From Mizuhopecten yessoensis (taxonomy: Eukaryota), in contig NW_018408516.1 of the NCBI RefSeq assembly GCF_002113885.1, positions 317,234-381,233 of the forward strand: DNA of 64,000 nucleotides. The letters are read 5' to 3'. Position 1 is the stretch's first letter; each line of letters begins with the position of its first letter. This document shows, in pieces, positions 52,301 through 62,019 of this stretch. Made by a program: the position numbers and the translations under genes. Below the pieces are notes generated by a model. That model worked only from the letters and a program-made list of their open reading frames with translations, was not told the DNA's origin and ran no database searches.

Positions 52301-55300
52301 ACTACGTAGGTATCCTCCAGGATTTACACCATAAACCGTGACGTGTGAACTACGTAGATATCCTCCTGGATTTAACACCATAAACCGTGTCGGGTGAACT
52401 ACGTAGATATCCTCCTGGATTTACCACCATAAACCGTAACGGGTAAACTACGTAATTATCCTCCTGGACTTACACCATAAACCGTGACGGGTGAACTATG
52501 TAGTTATCCTCCTGGATTTACCACCATAAACCGTGACGGGTGAACTACGCAGGTATCCTCCTGGATTTACACCATAAGCCGTGACGGGTGAACTACGTAG
52601 ATATCTGAACTACGTAATTATCCTCCTGGCTTAACACCATAAACCGTGACGGGTGAACTACGTAGGTATCCTCCTGGATTTACACCATAAACCGTTATGG
52701 GTGAACTACGTAGGTATCCTCCAGGATTTACACCATAAACCGTGACGGGCGAACTACGTAGATATCCTCCTGGATTTAACACCATAAACCGCTACGTAGA
52801 TATCCTCCTGGAATTAATACCATAAACCATGACGGGTGAACAACGTAATTCTCCTCCTGGATTTACACTTTTAACCGTGACGGGTAAACTACGTAATTAT
52901 CCTCCTGGACTTACAATAAACCGTGACGGGTGAACTACGTAGATATCCTCCGGGATTTACACCATAAACCGTGACGGGTGAACTAGGTAGGTATCCTCCG
53001 GGATTTACACCATAAACCGTGACGGGTCAACTACGTAGATATCCTCCTGGATTTAACACCATAAACCATGAGTAGTGACCACCATAAACCGTGATGGGTA
53101 AATTACGTAGGAATCCTCCTGGATTTAACACCATAAACCGTGTCGGGTGAACTACGTAGATATCCTCCTGAATTTAACACCATAAACCGTGACGGGTGAT
53201 CTACGTAGATATCCTCCTGGATTTAACACCATAAACCGCTACGTAGATATCCTCCTGGAATTAATACCATAAACCATGACGGGTGAACAACGTAATTCTC
53301 CTCCTGGATTTACACTTTAAACCGTGACGGGTAAACTACGTAATTATCTTCCTGGAATTAATACCATAAACCGTGACGGGGGAACTACGTAGATATCCTC
53401 CTGAATTTAACACCATAAACCGTGACGGGTGAACTACGTAGATATCCTCCCGGAATTAATACCATAAACCATGACGGGTGAACTACGTAGGTATCCTCCT
53501 GGATTTAAGACCTTAAACCATGACGGGTGAACTACGTAAGTATCCTCCTGGATTTAACACCATAAAACGTGACGGGTGAACTACGTAGGTATCCTCCTGG
53601 ATTTAACACCTTCAACCATGACGGGTGAACTACGTAAGTATCCCCCTGGCTTTACCATCATAAACCGTGACGGGTGAGCTACGTAGGTATCCTCCTGGAG
53701 TTAACACCATAAACCGTGACGGGTGAATTACGTAGGTATCCTCCTGTAGTGACCACCATAAACCGTGATGGGTGAATTGCGTAGGAATCCTCCTGGATTT
53801 AACACCATAAACCATGACGGATGAATTGCGTAGGAATCCTCATAGATTTAACACCATAAACCGTGATGGGTGAACTACGTCAGTATCCTCCTGGATTTAA
53901 CACCATAAAACGTGACGGGTGAATTACGTAGGAATCCTCCTGGATTTAACACCATAAACCATGACGGATGAATTGCGTAGGAATCCTCATAGATTTAACA
54001 CCATAAACCGTGATGGGTGAACTACGTCAGTATCCTCCTGGATTTAACACCATAAAACGTGACGGGTGAACTACGTAATTATCATCCTGGCTTTAACACC
54101 ATAAACCGTGACGTGTGAACTACGTAGGTATCCTCCTGGATTTACACCATAAACCGTGACGGGTGAACTACGTAAGTATCCTCCTGTAGTGACCACCATA
54201 AACCGTGATGGGGGAATTACGTAGGAATCCTCCTGGATTTAACACCATAAACCATGACGGATGAATTGCGTAGGAATCCTCATAGATTTAACACCATAAA
54301 CCGTGACGGGTGATCCTCCTGGATTAACACCATAAACCGTGACGGGTAAATTACGTAGATATCCTCCCGGAATTAATACCATAAACCATGACGGGTGAAC
54401 TACGTAATTATCCTCCTGGATTTACACCTTAACCGTGACGGGTAAACTACGTAATCATCCTCCTGGAATTAACACCATAAACCGTGACGGGTGAATTACG
54501 TAGGTATCCTCCTGGAATTAACACCATAAACCGTGTCGGATGAACTACGTAATTATCCTCCTAGATTTAACACCATAAACCGTGACGGGTGAACTACGTA
54601 GATATCCTCCTGGATTTACACCATAAACCGTGACGGGTGAACGTAAGAATCCTCCTGGATTTAACACCATAAACCGTGACGGGTGAACTACGTAGATATA
54701 CCCCTGGCTTTACCATCATAAACCGTGACGGGTGAACTACGTAAGTATCCTCCTGTAGTGACCACCATAAACCATGATGGGTGAATTACGTAGGAATCCT
54801 CCTGGATTTAACTCCATAAACCGTGACGGGTGAATTACGTAGGAATCCTCCTGGATTTAACACCATAAACCGTGACGGGTGAACGTAAGTATCCTCCTGG
54901 ATTTAACACCATAAACCGTGACGGATGAACTACATAATTATCTTCCTCGATTTAACACCATAAACCGTGACGGGTGAACTACGTAATTATCCTCCTGGCT
55001 TTACCATCATAAACCGTGACGGGTGAATTACGTAGGTATCCTCCTGGATTTAACACCATAAACCGTGACGGGTGAAATACGTAAGTATCCCCCCTGGCTT
55101 TAACATCATAAACCGTGACGGGTGAATTACGTAGGAATCCTCCTGGAATTAAAACCATAAACCGTGACGGGTGAACTACGTAAGTATCCTCCTGGATTTA
55201 ACGCCATAAACCGTGACTGGTGAACTATGTAGGTATGTGACGGGTGAATTACGTAGGTATCCTCCTGGAATTACCACCATAACCCGTGACGGGTGAACTA

Positions 55301-56167
55301 CGTAGATATCCTCCTGGATTTAACACCATAAACCGTGACGGGTGAATTACGTAGGTATCCTCCTGGATTTAACACCATAAAACGTGACGGGTGAACTACG
55401 TAAGTATCCTCCTGGATTTACCGCCATAAACCGTGACTGGTGAACTATGTAGGTATCCTCCTGGATTTAACACCATAACCCGTGACGGGTGAACTACGTA
55501 GGTATCCTCCTGGATTTAACACCATAAACCGTGACGGGTGAATTACGTAGATTTCCTCCTGGATTTAACACCATAAACCGTGACGGGTGAACTATGTAGG
55601 TATCCTCCTGGATTTACCACCATAAACCGTAACGGGTAAACTACGTAATTATCCTCCTGGACTTACACCATAAACCGTGACGGGTGAACTACGTAGGTAT
55701 CCTCCTGGATTTACCACCATAAACCGTGACGGGTGAACTACGTAGGTATCCTACTGGATTTAACACCATTAACCGTGACGGGTGCACTACGTAGGTATCC
55801 TCCTGGATTTAACACCATTAACCGTGACGGGTGAACTACGTAATTATCCTCCTGGATTTACCACCTTAAACCGTAACGGGTGAACTACGTAATTATCCTC
55901 CTGGACTTACACCATAAACCGTGACGGGTCAATTACGTAGGTATCCTCCTGGATTTACCACCATAAACCGTGACGGGTGAACTACGTAATTATCCTCCTG
56001 GATTTACCACCATAAAACGTGACGGGTGAACAACATAAGAATCCTCCTGGATTTACCACCATAAACCGTGACGGGTGAACTACGTAGGTATCCTCCTGGA
56101 TTTACCGCCATTAACCGTGACGGGTCAATTACGTAGGTATCCTCCTGGATTTACCACCATAAACCGT
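49337..56167. repeat. 48-49-bp satellite array, ~6.8 kb, roughly 140 units
   Basis: Consensus ggatttaacaccataaaccgtgacgggtgaactacgtaggtatcctcct with many variant and truncated units. Confidence 0.98.
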
Positions 56168-56192
56168 GACGGTTTATGGTGGTAAATCCAGG
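56144..56192. repeat. Perfect fold-back palindrome (24-bp arms, 1-nt centre)
   Basis: cctggatttaccaccataaaccgt-g-acggtttatggtggtaaatccagg. Confidence 0.95.
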
Positions 56193-56195
56193 TAA

Positions 56196-57466
56196 ATTCA
56201 TAAGAATTGGGCTCGATCCACAGCCCAAATCTTAGTTCAACACTACCGTACTAAAATTTCGGAAACGTTAGGCATAATCACAGCCCACAATTTCCCCAAT
56301 TCAAGCGTTAACTCATTTTCGGCCACTGCTTTAGAATGGGTGTCCAAAAACTTTAAACATAAACTCCATGGAAGTACGGTCACGGCATTCATAAACATTA
56401 TACCCAGTTTTACCAGTCTGTCTCTGAACCAGCCGCCGCCTCTCACCGCTCACGCCCCCCAACCCGCTCCAAACTATCCTTTCAACCGCCTAACCCTAAC
56501 CATCCTTCTACATCCCCCTCTCGCTCTACTTCGCCCACTCCCCTTAACCCTTCCCCCGAGCACTCCTTCTCCACTCCTCTAACCCGTCGTCGGTCGAACC
56601 GCATAACTAAACCTCACCCTAACCCCGCTCCTGTCTTCACCTCTAACCGCTTCCGCACCCTCTCTCCTACTAACACCCCGACTACGCCCTCTAAGCGTAA
56701 ACGGGCCTCTTCTCCCACTTCTCCATCACCTCCTGGCACTCCCTCTAAACTTCACAAACCCTTCTCTGTCCGCCCCGTCTCTACTAAAAAGACTAAACAC
56801 ACTTCCGCCCCACCGCCTCCTCTCACCCCCACTCTATCTCCTCCGCAATCCTATGCACAAGTCACCAAGACGGTAAAAGATACAGGTTCAGCCGGTATCT
56901 TAAATCGTCACCCCAACACCTCTAACAAATCGGCCTGGCGTCTCCCTGCCATTAAAAAGCCGATTCTGGTGATTGGGGCCTCCAACCTCTCCCGTGTCTC
57001 ACGGTGTCCAGATACAAACGTCCAGATCGAATCTTTTCCGGGGGCCAAAATTAGGCATTTGATTGAAATTATTCGTAATTATGAGTACCCCGATCTTCCA
57101 AAAAACATCATTCTGAACATTGGTATAAATGATAGGTCAACCAGGAACATAAATGACGTGTTCAGGGATCTATCCCTCCTCCGTGAGGTTTTACGCAAGC
57201 ATCTCCCGTTAGCTCGATACTTTTTTACTATCGTGCCCATTTCGGAAACCTTGGCCAACCAAAAACCGGGAGAAGCTGCACTTTTAGAAGAATTCAATCA
57301 AGAACTCATGAAATCCAAAAACAAGGCCTTTTCATTCTTGGACAGTTGTATCCGAGGGGGGTTCAGGTTTACAGCGGACGGCATTCATTGGTCAGAGTCT
57401 ATGGCCAATGAATTAGTCCGACTTTGGGTTTCTAAGGCTAAAGGAAGCAAGTCTTTTTTTGCTTAG
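56196..57466 (+). CDS. PLE ORF1: helical N-terminal part, Pro/Ser/Thr-rich linker and SGNH/GDSL esterase domain; 5'-truncated, with one apparent frameshift near 56400-56460
   Basis: The frame of ORF 56969 is open from 56363 (SNRFRTL, SYAQVTK). SGNH blocks: VIGASN (Ser), SFPGAK (Gly), NIGIND (Asn), DGIHW (Asp/His). Confidence 0.8.
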
Positions 57467-59667
57467 ATCCTAAAGGGATAGACCAGGACCACCCTTCAAA
57501 CACCATTAACCTAAGCTCTAGGAATCTATCTAACCCTGAATCCAAACTGCTAGATAAGGGCCTCAAATTTATACCAACTCCAAAACATATTCCTAAATCA
57601 GATTTCTTTCAATCTGCCTCTGACTTTAGCCGAAAAATCAAAATCACGCATTTTTTCCATAATAAATCCAAAAATCACCAGGCAAAAAAATTCGTAAGCA
57701 AAAGCAACTGGAAACCACCAGAATCAGCCATTCCTCCAAGCATTCAAAATTCGGTCAAAAATATATTGAAAGATATTTCCAAAATCCAAATTCAAAAAGA
57801 ACCAAACAATTTGACCAAGGCAGAAATGGAAGCAATTAAATCACTCAAAAAAGACAATTCTATTGTAATCAAAAAAGCCGACAAAGGCTCTTCAACGGTT
57901 ATCATGGACAGATCCGATTATATTTGGGAAGTTGAGAGGCAACTAAATAACCTCAAACATTATAAGAAATTAGAGGCTCCCATCTACCCCAAAACAAGCA
58001 TAGAGTTACTTAAAACCCTCAAGATATTAGAACATAACAAATTCCTAAACAAAAAACAAGTAGAATACCTTAGGCCAAAAGATGATCCTAAACCCAGACA
58101 TGTCTATATCCTACCAAAAATCCATAAACCACCCGAAACGTGGTCCAAACCATTCTCAATCCCCCCAGGTAGGCCTATCATATCTGATGTAGAGAGTGAA
58201 TCATATAGAATTTCAGAATACATTGACCATTTCTTAGCTCCGCTCTCAATGAAACACCCAGCGTATATCAGAGATACTTTTGATTTCATCAACAAAATAA
58301 GCAATTTGGTTATCCCTCAAAATAGTCTCCTTATTAGTTTAGATGTAGAAAGCATGTACACAAACATCGATAACCGAGATGGTCTTAAAGCTGTAGCGCA
58401 AACATTCTTAGATAATCCATGCCCGGACAGACCAGATTTAGAAATTCTAGAACTACTCAAATCAGGACTAACTAAAAATGATTTTGAATTCAACGGACAG
58501 TGGTATCTTCAAGTCTCAGGAACAGCAATGGGTAAAAAATTCGCCCCAAGTTATGCCAACATTTTTATGGCCCAATTCGAAAAAGAAGCCTTAAATAAAT
58601 GCGACAACAAACCGCTAATCTATGTCAGATTTCTGGACGATATCTTTATCATTTGGACTCACACCAGAGAAAAATTTGATGATTTTTTCAACATTTTAAA
58701 TAACCACCATCCGTGTATTAAACTCAAAGCCACGATTAGTGAAGAATCAATTGATTTCCTCGACACCACAATTTTCAAAGGTCCGGAGTTTAACACTACA
58801 GGCAAACTCGACATCAAAGTGTATTTCAAACCTACGGACACTCACCAACTGCTACACAAAAAATCTTTTCATCCCAAACATTCATTCAAGGGAATCATAA
58901 AATCGCAAATACTTCGTTTTCATCGCATTTGTACGCAAGAATCGGATTTCAATACAGCAGTCCACATCTTGTTCAAAGCTCTTAGGAATAGAAATTATTC
59001 TTACAGATTTCTTCGTAAAATCAAAGGAGAGACCTTGGCAGAAATCAACCCGCCTATAAAACACACGACCAAACCTTGTCTCAGTAAGCGCTGTGCGACT
59101 TGTCCATTTACCAAAACAACCACTTCTTTTGTCAGCTCTAATAACTCTAGTGCTCATTATATTTCGGAAAACCTGAATTGCGGATCCAGAAATGTCATTT
59201 ATCTGATAACTTGTACCAATTGTAGGATGCAATATGTAGGACAAACCACACTAACTCTTAGAGAGAGATTCACATGCCATCGCTTTGACATAATACACGC
59301 CAAAGACAAACCAGTTTCAAACCATTTTAACCAAATTAACCACACTCTAAAAGATGTTTCCATAATTCCAATTGAGAGAGTTCCCAATTCGGACCAACTA
59401 GACGATAGGGAACAATTTTGGATGAATAAACTTCAAACCCTAAAACCTAACGGTATTAATGAAAAAGCCATTTCGAACCAAATTCTCCCCTTTGTCATTA
59501 CCTACAATAGGACAGCCCAAACAGCGAGCCACAAGGTAAGAAAACATTACGTAGACTTAAGAACAAAGTTACCAGAAGTATTCAAATCTAAACTAGTTAC
59601 AGCCTACCGTAAAAACAAAAGTTTGCAAGACCTGTTAGTTCGTAGCCGACTTAAAGCAGCAACATAA
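57442..59667 (+). CDS. PLE ORF2: reverse transcriptase + GIY-YIG endonuclease (~740 codons open, no ATG at the 5' end)
   Basis: INLSSRNL..E..LL.KGLKFIPTP; IKKADKGS; LPKIHK; GRPIIS; LDVESMYTNI; GTAMG..FAPSYANIFM; RFLDDIF; YFKPTD; CLSKRCATC; NVIYLITC..C..QYVGQT; REQFW..KL.T..PNGIN. Confidence 0.95.
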   Translation, partial: RKQVFFCLDPKGIDQDHPSNTINLSSRNLSNPESKLLDKGLKFIPTPKHIPKSDFFQSASDFSRKIKITHFFHNKSKNHQAKKFVSKSNWKPPESAIPPSIQNSVKNILKDISKIQIQKEPNNLTKAEMEAIKSLKKDNSIVIKKADKGSSTVIMDRSDYIWEVERQLNNLKHYKKLEAPIYPKTSIELLKTLKILEHNKFLNKKQVEYLRPKDDPKPRHVYILPKIHKPPETWSKPFSIPPGRPIISDVESESYRISEYIDHFLAPLSMKHPAYIRDTFDFINKISNLVIPQNSLLISLDVESMYTNIDNRDGLKAVAQTFLDNPCPDRPDLEILELLKSGLTKNDFEFNGQWYLQVSGTAMGKKFAPSYANIFMAQFEKEALNKCDNKPLIYVRFLDDIFIIWTHTREKFDDFFNILNNHHPCIKLKATISEESIDFLDTTIFKGPEFNTTGKLDIKVYFKPTDTHQLLHKKSFHPKHSFKGIIKSQILRFHRICTQESDFNTAVHILFKALRNRNYSYRFLRKIKGETLAEINPPIKHTTKPCLSKRCATCPFTKTTTSFVSSNNSSAHYISENLNCGSRNVIYLITCTNCRMQYVGQTTLTLRERFTCHRFDIIHAKDKPVSNHFNQINHTLKDVSIIPIERVPNSDQLDDREQFWMNKLQTLKPNGINEKAISNQILPFVITYNRTAQTASHKVRKHYVDLRTKLPEVFKSKLVTAYRKNKSLQDLLVRSRLKAAT

Positions 59668-59692
59668 ACACTTAGGCCAGTGCACAGGGATT

Positions 59693-60164
59693 AAACCCTA
59701 ATCCCTAACCTTAATCCTTAAACCTAACCCATATCACACAACAATTACATGTTTACTAACCCTAACCCTAACCCTAACCCATATCACACAACAATTACAT
59801 GTTTACTAACCCTAACCCTAACCCATATCACACAACAATTACATGTTTACTAACCCTAACCCTAACCCATATCACACAACAATTACATGTTTACTAACCC
59901 TAACCCTAACCCATATCACACAACAATTACATGTTTACTAACCCTAACCCTAACCCATATCACACAACAATTACATGTTTACTAACCCTAACCCTAACCC
60001 ATATCACACAACAATTACATGTTTACTAACCCTAACCCTAACCCATATCACACAACAATTACATGTTTACTAACCCTAACCCTAACCCATATCACACAAC
60101 AATTACATGTTTACTAACCCTAACCCTAACCCTAACCTATATCACACAACAATTACATGTTTAC
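59693..60164 (+). repeat. Telomere-type repeats: 10 units of 44 bp = ATATCACACAACAATTACATGTTTAC + (TAACCC)3-4
   Basis: Units at 59731, 59781, 59825, 59869, 59913, 59957, 60001, 60045, 60089 and 60139, preceded by degenerate TAACCC. Confidence 0.97.
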
Positions 60165-60635
60165 ATGTACTTATGAGATCGTGATGGCGACCATAAAACA
60201 CGTGCAGCGTCTTTATCAACCTGCATCTTTGGAAACCCTGTTTTGTAGCTTTGCTCATTAGCAGTCGACCTCTATCACGAACACATGATATTTCGTGCAG
60301 CTTTTGAACACCGAACCAACTGTGACATGTTAACATCGTATGTAGGGGAAGCAAAATCGAAATCGTCAATCTTGTTGTACAGAGTAACAGTGAGTCATCA
60401 TTTTGGTCATACTGTAAGTAAAGATCAATGAAACCGTTCTGAAGTAGCAGAGTCTGTAGTTTCCTTGATTTCGGGCTCAGGGGGATAAATACGAAATATG
60501 TGGTCATCAAAATTCCTTGTATTAGGTCCAATACATATTGTTATTGAAAAACCGGCAACTCGTCAATATATCTAAATGTGAAATTAAAAGACTTTGATAG
60601 GTTTTTGTTATTAGTCCTGATATTAAGCTTATACA
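60139..60635 (-). mobile_element. Degenerate Penelope-like RT remnant (related to 16700-16920)
   Basis: SFNFTFRYIDELPV...; RDRGRLLMSKATKQGFQRCRLIKTLHVFYGRHHDLI. Confidence 0.7.
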
Positions 60636-60654
60636 GTATGGTTTGAACATTTAT

Positions 60655-61062
60655 CACCCAACAAATAACCCTAATAACCCTAACTCACAAATAACCCTAA
60701 CCAACAAATAACCCTAATAACCCTAACTCACAAATAACCCTAACCAACAAATAACCCTAATAACCCTAACTCACAATTAACCCTAGTAACCCTAAGTCAC
60801 AAATACACCTAACTCACAAATAACTCTAACCAACAAATAACCCTAATAACCCTAACTCACAAATAACACTAATAACCATAACTCACAAATAACCCTAACC
60901 AACAAATAACCCTAATAACCCTAACTCACAAACAACCCTAGTAACCCTAACTCATAAATAGCGCTAGTAAACCTAACTCACAAATAACCCTATTCAACCT
61001 AACTCACAAATAACCCTAACCAACAAATAACCCTTAATAACCCTAACTCACAAATAACCTAC
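60655..61062 (+). repeat. Degenerate telomere-like array (aaataaccctaataaccctaactcac)n
   Basis: Repeated TAACCCTAA cores with caca/ccaac spacers and a ~43-bp higher-order unit. Confidence 0.9.
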
Positions 61063-62019
61063 ACTTTTTATCCCGTACTGTAGACAAGGAGATAAACACT
61101 ACATACGATTTCTGGGCAATTCTTAGTCAAACGCAATATAATGACCGTAGATTATGTAGGAAAAAATAGTCAAGTCCAGGATGCAATCATGCAAATGTAA
61201 TGTCCTCGTTCTCTTCTCAAAGGAGAAGAATTAGGTGCCCACCAGGCTTGAATTACTGACCATTTTCCATATTTGAAAAAAGATCGAAAAAAATATCCCT
61301 ACGACAGCTTTCATAAACGGACCAAAGTATCCACAAAATAATATCATTAATTCGAATATGTATTTTGAAAGACTAATGGATTCCGCGAATGATTACGCCA
61401 GACAAAGCAAACAACGAGCGCATGTTGGTTTAATTTAAAGGTGATTTTAATTTACCGGTTCCGTTATCCAAAAAAGGAATGGACAGCTGGTAATCCAAGA
61501 TAAAAAACAGCTTACAAGTATAAACTGTATATTGGTACTGATGTCCAAAACACACAAAACGATCTGCATGAAAAATCTGTGGCTATGTCGGCCGACTAAA
61601 CATCTGCAAACTTAATCCTTGTATGCAAACACTATTATATTTGCTGCTTTAAAAACATAGGCTTGGTCGATAACCATGTATACATTCTGCATTTTGTTCG
61701 AAAGACGAAATACTTACCAATCATGATTATGTAGTACAAACACATACTGGTCAGTATCTGCCTCACTTGTATTGGTTTGTCGATGGTTCTGCTTGTTGGC
61801 AAACCAAACCCCTATCCCAACTTCTATTTACCAATATTGATACTATAAAATCATCACGATAAATAATATGTAAGGGATCGCCTATTTAAATATTCAACTA
61901 TTAAATGCAGAAATCAACACATTTACTGCATCATGCTGCCATTTTGTTTATTTAGAACTCAGATTATGTCACAACACATTTTCACTAGAACAGATAATAG
62001 CTTGAATATTCATATTCGT

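Larger units (their letters stand above)
56193..59730 (+). mobile_element. 5'-truncated Penelope-like retroelement (Neptune-like: Cys linker between RT and GIY-YIG) with an upstream esterase ORF
   Basis: See the ORF1 and ORF2 features. The 3' end runs into TAACCC repeats, and no TSD is visible. Confidence 0.92.

Noticed and set aside
49337-56167. CRISPR-like array, or coding ORFs (51811, 52092, 53630) in the satellite
   Set aside because: Units are contiguous with no unique spacers, there are no cas genes, and the context is eukaryotic. The ORFs are chance read-throughs of 48-bp units.
59693-61062. True chromosome end
   Set aside because: The repeats are short, interrupted and flanked by ordinary sequence on both sides, so they are interstitial.
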